Part shown: positions 1 to 10,736 of the stretch, one piece after another
Position numbering within the stretch: position 1 is the first letter of the stretch
How the letters are laid out: each line of letters begins with the position of its first letter
Assembly: GCA_032718475.1 (NCBI GenBank)
Contig: JAUCBJ010003471.1
Location: 12,830 to 76,829, forward strand
Source of the DNA: Nemertoderma westbladi
Lineage: Eukaryota; Animalia; Xenacoelomorpha
Reading direction: 5' to 3'
DNA length: 64,000 nt
The notes under the pieces: generated by a model
Databases searched by the model: none
What the model saw: only the letters and a program-made list of their open reading frames with translations
Told to the model about the DNA's origin: nothing
Made by a program: the position numbers and the translations under genes

Positions 1-135
1 TTTGCCGTAGCTTCTTTAATTTCTGCCGTGGCTTTTTAATTTTTGCCGTAGCTTCTTTAATTTCTGCCGTGGCTTTTTAATTTCTGCCGTAGCTTCTTTA
101 ATTTTTGCCGTTGCTTATTAATTTCTGCCGTTCCT
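1..135. repeat. 20-21 bp tandem repeat (TTTCTGCCGTRGCTTYTTTAA-like), truncated by window start
   Basis: About 6 units of ttt(c/t)tgccgt(a/g)gctt(c)tttaa read directly. Confidence 0.9.
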
Positions 136-395
136 TTTTATATCCTGTGACAGTTATGGCTGTATGGGCCACCGCACTACCAAAAAAAAAATGAAATATT
201 TAAAACTAATATTGTTTAATTTTGCGTATGTACAGTACAGATGTAGGCCTATAGCTATAGGCAGGCAGATGGTGTTGTTGGTTGGTTAACAAGCCTAAAT
301 TATTATCCTATAATAATATCTGGATCTCATTCAGAGACACTGCTGAATTTAGATTCAGAAAACTGTACCCTACACGATGTTCAAAATATATCAAA

Positions 396-2745
396 CTGGT
401 TCAGTATGCGTACCCATTAACCCGTACACCCATCACCAGTGCCAGATTAAGCCTCTGGTGGCCCTAAGGCACATTTTAGTAATTTCCAAAAATGGCCCGA
501 AAATTGATATTTTTCCGCAAACCCTTTCAAAAGAAAAAGCTGCTAAAAACAACTGAAACTGTTATAAAGTATTATTATAAATTATTATAAAGTATTTTCG
601 TTGGATGACTGCGTGTAAATAAGTACTAAGTACTATTTTGTGATAGACATAGTGTAGCAGTTACAAAATCGGTTCTAGAAGATCCAAATGGCCATGTTTT
701 ACAAACCAATATTCACGATTGTAGCCGTAAAGATGCTAAACATTTTGTATATTATGTTTAATGGAAATTGAGTAAAAAAATTTAAATGTAGTAGGGAATT
801 TAGTGATGAAAAAAGTCAAAATCGACAAACTGATAAAAAGGTTGTTTTATACAGAGAGACATAAATATCAGCAATTATGTTGTTGAAAAGAGCAGTTTTG
901 AGGTCAAAAAATAATTCAATGTTGAAAACCGATATCACCTTTTATGAAAGCCCTTCTATCAAACCACAACAAATTGTGTAAATTTTCGAAAATTTCATTT
1001 CTGTAGAGGTTATAGTGAGCCCCCTTAAAGCTGACTGGTCCCTGTACCTGTAGGTATTTAGCAATTTTGATCGGATCGTGGAAATGTTTTATTTATTTGC
1101 TTTAGGGTAGGTTTCGCAGGGTACTTATCTTTACTGGACTTGCTGAGAAATATAACACACCAAGTGTGGGGCTTAGTGCAAAGATATAATATTTCTGATC
1201 TATATTTGGACTTGCTGAGAAAGCAATGTTCTTCGATAAGAGAAGTCTCGGAAATAAGTACTTTTTGTCACTAATTTAAATTTACCCAAATTCAATTATG
1301 CTGCCCGAGAGTTTTAGGTTTTGCAGGAATTGCACCTAAAATGCCATCGAATGCAAAATTCAATACAAAAGGACAGAACATCTGAATTTCGGTTAAATTA
1401 AATTACAGTTATCAAATTACAGTTGACAAAAAGTTATTTCTGACACGTTTTTTTTATCAACAACTATTTTATCTACAACAAATTTATCCTTTTTTTTTTA
1501 TCTATTAGAGCCTATATTAATAAAACTCGTTTCCGGGGAAAAAAAAACTACCATCTTTAGGTCGTACATTAACGACCTTGATTTACGATGTACAGTATTT
1601 CCAGTATGCAGGCATGTCAAAACGTCAATATTTAGTTGTTCTAGAAAGTTTTAAATACATAACTACAAATAATTCCCCACAAATAAATAAAATTAAATTC
1701 TCCATTGTTCATAATTAGTACTTTAATGTTTTACTGCCCATGTTTTATTATTTCCCTGCCATCAGGTCTTGAACTAATAACACAAGCAGCTGTCAGTCGA
1801 TTGAGCTACAATTTTGCAATTTCTACCACAAATCTAGTGATAGGAAGTAGTTGAAAGATGCACTTTTGTTCTGTTTTCTAGAAATTTTAGTGAGAAAAAA
1901 TGTTGACTTTTCAGATAAAAATAATCACAGGAATGACTCGCTGAGAAAAAATGGCCCGTATTTTCGTCTGGCCCTAAGGCACGTGTCTTATATGCCTTAA
2001 GGTTAATCCGGCACCACCAAATTTTATATACTAATTAGTTTTTAATAATTTTTTTTTAATGTTCTAGAACATGTTAGCTATTTGTTTATATAAAATAATG
2101 TTCTAGAACAAATAATTTTATTCTGTAACATCTTTTTATAAAAAAACAAGGTTTGTATTAAAATCGTATGTGTTCGTTATATCAACAGTGTCAGTATTTA
2201 GTATTTTAATATTTATCTGGAAAGACTATAATCTTTTATAAAAACTAGCTGGTTCTATACACTATGTGCCACTTTTTGCGTAGAAAACATTCTGGGACAC
2301 TATAGTACAGCAGCATAGGTCCTGTCTCAAAAATATGATATAGCTAGTAATTTTGATTTTGAGTTAGCTAGAACTAGTGAAAAATTGAAACTTAAAAAAA
2401 AAATTCACCAATTTTTTTCTTGTGAAAATTGATTTTATCATTGCTTTTAGTATTTATTACCTAGGCCTACCATAAATTTTACTAGCTATCATAATAATTT
2501 TATTGAAAAATTTTAAAATATTAAAAAAATATATTTTATTTATTTTATACACGTTTTATAACCACCCCATGCTTTTTAAATACAAACCAGGCCTTTGTAA
2601 AAAAAAATGTTCTAGAACAAAAAATATTTGTTCTAGAACATTAATATTTTCAATTAAAATAGCTATCATGTTCTGGTACATTTGAAAAAAAAATTATCAC
2701 AAACTAGCTAAAAATTTGGTAGGGAATGTACGCATACTGAACCAG
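396..2745. mobile_element. Non-autonomous TIR element (foldback/MITE) carrying a nested insertion
   Basis: CTGGTTCAGTATGCGTAC (396-413) is the exact reverse complement of GTACGCATACTGAACCAG (2728-2745). Further imperfect inverted arms at ~2017-2085 and ~2658-2720. No clear TSD. Confidence 0.65.
437..2016. mobile_element. hAT-like non-autonomous DNA transposon nested in the 396-2745 element
   Basis: Termini CAGTGCCAGATTAA... and ...TTAATCCGGCAC are imperfect inverted repeats. Subterminal GGCCCTAAGGCAC occurs near both ends. No transposase ORF. Confidence 0.6.
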
Positions 2746-2792
2746 GACGCTTCACTGCCTAATTAATCCCAGGTGGCCAAGATGTTCCAGTT

Positions 2793-3378
2793 GGGTATTA
2801 GTGTGGCCGTGGTGCCCACCTTTTGTCCAAATGTTTTCATGTGAAAATAACTATTATGGTGAATTATGATGATTTTTTGTTCTATAACAAAAATTTTACC
2901 TTCTGACAATACCGTAAGATGTGAGTATTTTTTTTGCATGGTAGCTAGTGTTTGTAGGAGTATGTTTTTTCCAATTTTTTCATGTGAAAATGATTATTAA
3001 CGTGAAGTTTGTTGTTCTAGAACAAAAATTTGACCTTCTGACAATAAGATGTGAGTATTTTTTTTGTACGGTAGCTAGTGTTTTTAGAAGTGTGTTTTTT
3101 CCATAGGATTTAATTGATACTAACTCACTTTCTTATTTCAAATTCATGCTATTATCCATAGAGAACGTATAAATTATTAAAATAAATTAACAAAAAAATA
3201 TTTAAAAAAACACTAGCTAGTAAATAGTACTACTTATAGCAAGTAAAAAAAAAGAAAATTTATAGCTACCATCTTAGCCTACTGTCAGAAGGTAAAATTT
3301 ATTTCTAACACAAAAACACCTCATGATAGTCATTTTCAAATTGGTCAAAAAGTGGGCACCCAGGCCACACTAATGCCC
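2793..3378. mobile_element. MITE with 6-bp target site duplication CCAGTT
   Basis: TIRs GGGTATTAGTGTGGCCGTGGTGCCCAC / GTGGGCACCCAGGCCACACTAATGCCC. CCAGTT at 2787-2792 and 3379-3384. The paralogous flank near 7460 has a single CCAGTT (empty site). Confidence 0.85.
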
Positions 3379-3531
3379 CCAGTTGCAATACAGTATTGTT
3401 TCAACCAGTAATCAACTCTGCCTGCATGAATTCGCAAAAATACACAAAATATGATTATGAAAAATATTTCTATTTCGCATTCATATTTGATGATTACATA
3501 TTAGGTTAAAATAATCAATTAGTAAGTAATT

Positions 3532-4734
3532 TCAGTGTAATTTATAAGTTATTGTAGTACCGGTTGAATTAGAGGGAGTCATGTCATCAAGGCTGTAAAA
3601 TAGATTGCCTTCACTGTCCCTCGGAACATCGGCTTCTATAATAATTATAGTTTTCCTACGCTCAGCTGTATGGAGAGTGAGTGATATAGATGATGATGTT
3701 GAGACTATAGACATCGGAAGTGATCCCTTAGGCAACGAATGGACCCTCTTCGTCCGGCGTCGACGTCTTCTAGATTTTGTATTCAAACAACTTTCTAAAC
3801 AGATGGTCGTCGCCTGCTGCCGGAACTTAAGATTAGTAGCGGAATATATAAAAAAATTAGAAGCGCAATAAAGTATCGTTCCAAATTTACCCAAATCGTC
3901 CCACAAAACAGAATGATAGAGAGCTTCTTCCTCTGGGTGATAAATAAAGCACTTACCACAACTGTTAGCGACCTGGCGCGGTATAATGGCCCAATATATG
4001 ATTTCTATCATTCTTGGTAGAAGTAATATGACATTACAAGCCATGGAATAATATAATCGTTTCGTGTGGCCTCTGATCGGATGATGCCCGAGATGTTTTT
4101 TGTTTATTTTATACAAAGCTGGTAAAATCATAACAGCAATTGTTAAAATCGGAATTCCCAATTCTGTAAGTACGGCAAAGCCTCTATCCTCTAGAGCAAT
4201 AAATGTCTCAGAGTGGCTATGGATGCCGCAAACATAGATATTATCTTCGTCGTACTTGGGAATGTACTTGAAGGTCAATGGGATTGTACTGAAAAACCCC
4301 AAAAATACACTGATAACTTTCCCGATATTAAGATGAATTGCTTTTACTTTCTTCATGTGCCAATACTTGGCAAAGACAGACGCACATCGGTCGACCCCAA
4401 CAACTCCGGTCAATAAGATAGAAGAACGAAATGAGCCGGAACGCCACCACGGACACAAGGAACACCTTAGAACCACGAGAAAATCGAAGCTATCCGGGGT
4501 ATCCGACGGGTGGCATTCAGGGTGTTGTGCCCAATTTATCACAATTATTGTCGCGACGATGTAATTAATATTCATTATTGATGTTAAAATCACTACGTCT
4601 CCAAATCGACTCTTCCGTAAGATTCTGGTGTTACAAATGATCAAAAATGTCATTGTTGTGAAACCAACACATACTATGCCAACCACATTTAAAATAATGT
4701 CAGCTATTTTGCATTCACTACTAATGTTTCCCAT
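3532..4734 (-). CDS. Intronless class A (rhodopsin-like) GPCR, peptide-receptor/chemoreceptor-like orphan, copy A (400 aa)
   Basis: ATG-to-stop ORF with about seven hydrophobic segments. DRC at the DRY position, ECL2 Cys (YVCG), TM5 Pro (GIP), TM6 Pro (LLPR), TM7 NFFIY (NPxxY variant), helix-8 KFR, Ser/Thr-rich tail. Confidence 0.9.
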   Translation of the reverse strand: MGNISSECKIADIILNVVGIVCVGFTTMTFLIICNTRILRKSRFGDVVILTSIMNINYIVATIIVINWAQHPECHPSDTPDSFDFLVVLRCSLCPWWRSGSFRSSILLTGVVGVDRCASVFAKYWHMKKVKAIHLNIGKVISVFLGFFSTIPLTFKYIPKYDEDNIYVCGIHSHSETFIALEDRGFAVLTELGIPILTIAVMILPALYKINKKHLGHHPIRGHTKRLYYSMACNVILLLPRMIEIIYWAIIPRQVANSCGKCFIYHPEEEALYHSVLWDDLGKFGTILYCASNFFIYSATNLKFRQQATTICLESCLNTKSRRRRRRTKRVHSLPKGSLPMSIVSTSSSISLTLHTAERRKTIIIIEADVPRDSEGNLFYSLDDMTPSNSTGTTITYKLH

Positions 4735-5517
4735 TGCTATATATTTATTTTCGTTGTTCTAAATAATTCGCTACTGAGATATATGAAGATCAAATAGTTC
4801 TAGAACTAAGTAGCAAGTTACTGTATTATCGTTTTAATATAACAACAATTTATTGTTTCTTTGGAGATTCAACAGAACCGCTTTTAAGTAACACAAGACT
4901 ACCGCCTACTTCTACTGGTGTGGTATAATGGTTTGGATTTTGGTTTATTCTTTTAGGGTTGGTTGGTCAGGTAAGACTAGGTTATCATTTTACCATGCAT
5001 ATTCACAAGACATCAGAATAAATAATTAAGATAAACTCATCTCCTCGCATGGTATCCGAAAACCCCTCTCAGTGTTATAATTACAATTAATTACTGTATA
5101 TCTTGACTTGAGGAGTTTTTCATACCATTTATTCTACTAACAAATAACCCGATTTTGTTACCTTGTTAACTTCCATATAACCGTTAATCCGCCGACATCC
5201 TTCGAAATCAGTTCGTTCGAACTGATTCCAGTAGCATCGGAGAAGGACCAGCCTTTCTTCCTAAAATGCGAGAGGATTCGGTTAAACCTCGCGTGTTTCT
5301 ATCTGAATATATATTATGCACGCGGAAGCAACTGACATAAGGATGTAAACGCTAGCCGAAAACCAACAACCACAGCCGACAATCGTTACCGGTATTATGA
5401 ACACAAATTAAACTGGTGTTCGCAAATCTATAATTAACATTCACTGTAGAATGATGGCGCAGTGGCGTTTACACCCCAAATTAACAACCATCTGATATAT
5501 TCCTCACTGGTATTGGT

Positions 5518-6535
5518 TGGTACGCTATGGTGGTCAAAAATCATTTTTCGAATTTAAATTCGTTTTGCGCATCAAATGTCATCCAATGGGGACAAACTTT
5601 CATAGATACCAAATTTTTGATTTGGGGAGGATAGGAACCAGTGCCATGATCAACTTCTAGTACTCCTACTGTATTGATATTATGCTCATTAGAACCGCAA
5701 TGACCGATTTAGTTGGTGTAGACACCTTCAAAGCAAGCGTAGAGTGGATAGTTATTGGGATAAATCACAAAATGTGGAGTCCGGCACAAGTCAACATTTA
5801 GTGTATTGATGAGATATTGACAAATACATTAAAAATAATTAATGATACTTCTAATTATCTCAAGGCACCCAGAATTAACACCTAATTGCAATGATCGAAT
5901 TCGGGGATGTAGAAAGAAACCTTACAAATAAGAATAGAGTGATTAGTGCTTGAGTTATTGTACAAAATGTCAATCAAGTATTGGTCCACCAATTGATGAC
6001 CTTATATTGAGTTGACCCCTGTCCAGACATTTTGAACAATAACATGATAACTACTCAAATCACTCACACTCAACTCTTTTTTTAGCGTGTCTACAACCAC
6101 AAAATCGATCATTGCATTGATGTGTCTATTCTTGATGCCTTGAGATAATTAGAAGTATAATTTTTATAGTGTATTTTGTCAATATCTCATCAATAAACTA
6201 ATGTTGACTTGTGCCGGACTTCACCTTTCTGCAGTATCTCAAGAACTATAGGCTCAACACTTGTTTTGAAGGTCTCTGCACCAACTGAATCGGTCGTTAC
6301 GGCGGTACTAATGATCATAATATCAATGCAGTAGCCCGAATGAGTACTAGAAGTTGATCATCACAAAAATGGGGAATATGAATATGACTCACTTACCCCA
6401 AGGGCGGGATCTGCCACTGGTTAATGTCATCCCCAAAACAAAATTTTAGTATCTATCAATGTTTGTACCCATTTGATGTGCGAGAAGAGTTAAAATAATA
6501 AAAAAAACGTTTTCTCGCACCGCCCTATTGGTACC
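5518..6535. mobile_element. Degenerate foldback/long-TIR element between the two GPCR genes
   Basis: ~5555-5868 matches the reverse complement of ~6135-6500, e.g. GTCCGGCACAAGTCAACATT / AATGTTGACTTGTGCCGGAC and ACTTCTAATTATCTCAAGGCA / TGCCTTGAGATAATTAGAAGT. Confidence 0.75.
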
Positions 6536-7432
6536 CGTGTACGTGATCTGGTTGTGGTTGTATCCGACGACACATGCATCTGGACCCTGCACTGCACATG
6601 CAACAGGCAGACAGGTACTGGGACACACAGAGACGGAATCGATAGACGTGTAGCTACTCACCTAGCTGGCTGGCAGGCTGATACGGATACTTGAGCACCT
6701 GGTGCCGGTCCCGGTACGGTACTGCCGGTTGACTGCATTAGCTAATTTAGATTCCCTATACCAGCGATAAACCTGCTATAGCTTTATGCGGTATTTTCCT
6801 ATAGTCAACCAGAAAACCATTAACTGTAACTATATATATATACTTTGCCTCGCAAGTATATAGGAAAGTACTAAATACTACAATACAAAATGCTGTAATC
6901 TATACAGAATTGAGACTTGTCATTATGTTGGAAGAAAGTAATCTTATTTTAGCGTTACGGTGTATGAAATGACCTTATTAATTTCAATATTAGTTTTCAT
7001 TTGTCTGCACGAATGGGTTTTTAGATTATCTCACATTTCGCGGTCCAGTTCGCCACACTTTCAATCCAGTTCGGTGCAGATTCATGTAAGAGTATCCTAC
7101 TTTTTTCACTAGGAAAAAATGAGTTATTTCCTTATTTTTCTCCAGATTTTAGGGAATATTTCAATGAAAAAGTAACAATTTAAGAATAAAATTAATTTTT
7201 TAAATACATTGTTGTAATAACTAGCTCACACAAAATGTCGAAAGGTTGCACTAGAACAAAAAACCGTAGGTAGGCCTCATACTTGTTATATTCTAATTCC
7301 TAAAGTGTTGACCACTATCCGACTGTTGTTAACCCCAGATGGTTGTGGGTGGAGTAGTTCTCGGATGGTAGGACACTCAGACTTACAACAACCATCAGTT
7401 TTGCGTCACAGAATGCAGACATACGGACGGAC

Positions 7433-9110
7433 TAATTAATCCCAGGTGGACATGATGGCCCAGTTCCAATATATTGATTCAATCAGTAATAAACTCTCCA
7501 TGAATTCGAAAAATACACAAATAAGATTATGGAAAATATTTCGCATTCATATTTGATGATTACATATTAGGATAAAATAATCAATTAGTAAGTAATTTCA
7601 GTGTAATTTAAATGTTAATGTAGTACCGGTTGATTTAGAGGGAGTCATGTCATCAAGGCTGTAAAATAGATTGCCTTCACTGTCCCTCTGAACATCGGTT
7701 TTTTTACGCTCAGCTGTATGGAGAGTGAGTGATATAGAGGATGATGTTGAGAGTATAGACACTGGAACCGATCCCTTAGGTAACGAATGGACCCTCTTCG
7801 TCCGGCGGCGACGTCTTCCAGATTTTCCATCCCAACAACTTTCCCAACAGATGGTCGTCGCCTGCTGCCGGAACTTAAGATTAGTAGCGGAATATATAAA
7901 AAAATTAGAAGCGCAATAAAGTATCGTTCCAAATTTACCCAAATCGTCCCACAAAACAGATAGATAGAGAGCTTCTTCCTCTGGGTGATAAATAAAGCAC
8001 TTACCACAACTGTTAGCGACCTGGCGCGGTATAATGGCCCAATATATGATTTCTATCATTCTTGGTAGAAGTAATATGACATTACAAGCCATGGAATAAT
8101 ATAATCTTTTCGTGTGGCCTCTGATCGGATGATGCCCGAGGTGTTTTTTGTTTATTTTATACAAAGCTGGTATAATCATAACAGCTATTGTTAAAATCGG
8201 AATTCCCAATTCTGTAAGTACAGCAAAGCCTCTATCCTCTAGAGCAATAAATGTCTCAGAGTGGCTATGGATGCCGCAAACATAGATATTATCTTCATCG
8301 TACTTGGGAATGTACTTGAAGGTCAATGGGATTGTACTGAAAAACCCCAAAAATACACTGATAACTTTCCCGATATTAAGATGAATTGCTTTTACTTTCT
8401 TCATGTGCCAATACTTGGCAAAGACAGACGCACATCGGTCGAACCCAACAACTCCGGTCAATAAGATATAAGAACGAAATGAGCCAGAACGCCACCACGG
8501 ACACAAGGAACACTTTAGCACCACGAGAAAATCGAAGCTATCCGGGGTATCCGACGGGTGGCATTCAGGGTGTTGTGCCCAATTTATCACAATTATTGTC
8601 GCTACGATGTAATTAATATTCAATATTGATGTTAAAATCATAAAGTCTCCAAATCGACTCCTCCGTAAGATTCTGGTGTTACAAATGATCAAAAATGTCA
8701 TTGTTGTGAAACCAACACATACTATGCCAACTACATTCAAAATGATATCCACTATTTGGCAATCACTACTAATGTTTCCCATTGCTATATATTTATTTTC
8801 GTTGTTCTAAATAATTCGCTACTCAGATATATCAAGATCAAGTAGTTCTAGAACTACTTCTATAAATTAGAAAACGCCTTGTTGCGTTGTAGCAAGTTAC
8901 TGTATTATCGTTTTAAGAACAATAATTATTGTTTCTTTGGTGATTCAACAGAACCGCTTTTAAGTAACACAAGACTACCGCCTACTTCTACTGGTGTGGT
9001 ATAGCGCTACTGTTATGTCTTACTGAGTTCATAATTACGATTTTGATTTTGGTTTAGTTTCTTTAGGGTTGGTTGGTCAGGTCAGACTAGGTTATAATTT
9101 TACCATGCAT
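7433..9110. repeat. Segmental tandem duplication (GPCR plus flanks) of ~2760-5000
   Basis: Shared flanks on both sides, from AATTAATCCCAGGTGG (2761 and ~7434) to TTTACCATGCATAT (~4988 and ~9098). Confidence 0.9.
7598..8782 (-). CDS. Intronless class A GPCR, copy B (394 aa), recent paralogue of 3532-4734
   Basis: Near-identical protein with the same DRC and NFFIY motifs. Differences lie mainly in the N-terminus, TM2 and C-tail. Confidence 0.9.
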   Translation of the reverse strand: MGNISSDCQIVDIILNVVGIVCVGFTTMTFLIICNTRILRRSRFGDFMILTSILNINYIVATIIVINWAQHPECHPSDTPDSFDFLVVLKCSLCPWWRSGSFRSYILLTGVVGFDRCASVFAKYWHMKKVKAIHLNIGKVISVFLGFFSTIPLTFKYIPKYDEDNIYVCGIHSHSETFIALEDRGFAVLTELGIPILTIAVMIIPALYKINKKHLGHHPIRGHTKRLYYSMACNVILLLPRMIEIIYWAIIPRQVANSCGKCFIYHPEEEALYLSVLWDDLGKFGTILYCASNFFIYSATNLKFRQQATTICWESCWDGKSGRRRRRTKRVHSLPKGSVPVSILSTSSSISLTLHTAERKKTDVQRDSEGNLFYSLDDMTPSKSTGTTLTFKLH

Positions 9111-10678
9111 ATCCTATTAATTCACAAGAGCAGTTTTGTGCAGCTTCTTTCAACGTCTTTTGGATATATATATTCAATTATTTATGCGTAGGCCCTATCC
9201 ACTAGGAATATGTGCACGCCTATTTAATACAACAGTTAGTGAAACCTCCTGATCAATAAATATTTCAGTATTCAGTTACCAAAATATTTACCAAACCGTG
9301 TTTCCTTATTGATCACCTTTTTTTTTATAACTCGTAAGTCTAATTTATTCACATAGATAATGAAACGTTAATGTTAAACAATACCCACCACCAGCTGACG
9401 TTACTAGGCAACCAATGTAGGAGGGCAATTTAAAATGAAATCCTTTACCCGCCCCCAACACAGAAACAGTCTCTACGGTGTATGGAGCATACTACTGTAT
9501 TTACCCCACCCTACCGAACTGCGCCAACACCCCAGGGTCTGAGTCCGCGTTAGCCAACCGGATCGATGAGTCGGTGAGGCCTCCCGCACCGGTATTGATC
9601 ACCTTGTATTTCTCAAAATCCCATAGAAACTATATTCTCTCCGACTGCTCTGAGTTTGTGAAACCTTCTCAAATACTGTATATACCCTAACCTCTTTACT
9701 TTATCGTTAAACTCGTGTTTAAGACACTTTTAACCTACTAACTATAATAGTTACTGCGTTTGAGATTAATAGCAATAACGATTCAAATATAACATATATT
9801 TAGATTTCCGAACCATTCTATTACTTTTTTACTGATATTTAAAACATCTTGAGTTGCGACAATTCAACAACAATCTAATAAGGGTGACCTAGATATATTT
9901 GACTATATGTTACCCAAGTTGTTATCTATTTTCAATAGCCCATAATTTTTTTGAAGCGATTATCACGCTACCAACTTGTATCGGTGATACAAAAATTGAA
10001 GTATAACTTTATTTTCAATAAAATATATTCAACAAGCAACCAACATAGATATACAATATTGCAAATTAGACAAGTACTAGATACATAAATCTTGATATAA
10101 ATTGGATATTGTTATGAAATCCTAAAAAAAATACTATCAATCAATAGGCTTACCACCAAACTATCTAATCCATATCAAAATGAAGACTTTTTCCGTTAGG
10201 CTGTTTTTTTTAAGTTTTTGCTTTAGTTGGTACATATTTATTAAAACTGTCAATGACGTCAGAAATCTAGCCCTGCGAAAAGGGCCATTTAGTTCGCTTT
10301 AGGTACAAGAAAACCGCAATAAATAACGTAACTGCAGATTCGTAGCGAGTATAGATAATAAACAACGAATCTGCTTTATATTCGTACAAATATTTTAAGT
10401 ATTTTAATTTATATACTTTTTTTAAAATAGATTAGATAAGCTTACACTAGGCGATAAGTCTAGGTACAGCAGGTTATGGGGGAACGCCTAGCGCTGATGG
10501 TTGCGAGTCATTTAGTTTCGCGTTCAATTGAACCTTTGTGGTGAGTACCAATTTCTGATTGAGTTCAATATTTATCAAATAAAATGAGTCGCTATAATTG
10601 AGTTGGTACTCGCGGTGTCGAATACGTTGAATCAGTTATAGTATCCAAGGTAACATCAAGGGCTTCATTGCATTCGAT

Positions 10679-10736
10679 TTAGCGTATTTTCTTTTGTTGT
10701 CGACTTCGATATATATCGTTGGATGGAGGAACGAAA
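10679..10736 (-). CDS. CSTF3: CSTF3 terminal coding exon ((S)[18 protein letters not shown])
   Basis: Acceptor tttttctgcag, 58 nt to TAA. Matches the conserved CstF-77 C-terminus PP.HDIYR.RQQKR. Confidence 0.93.

Noticed and set aside
10163-10272. Possible alternative CSTF3 last exon after ttttcgcag (ARFLTSLTVLINMYQ...)
   Set aside because: The frame is open but has no resemblance to CstF-77, whereas 10679-10736 gives the conserved C-terminus.
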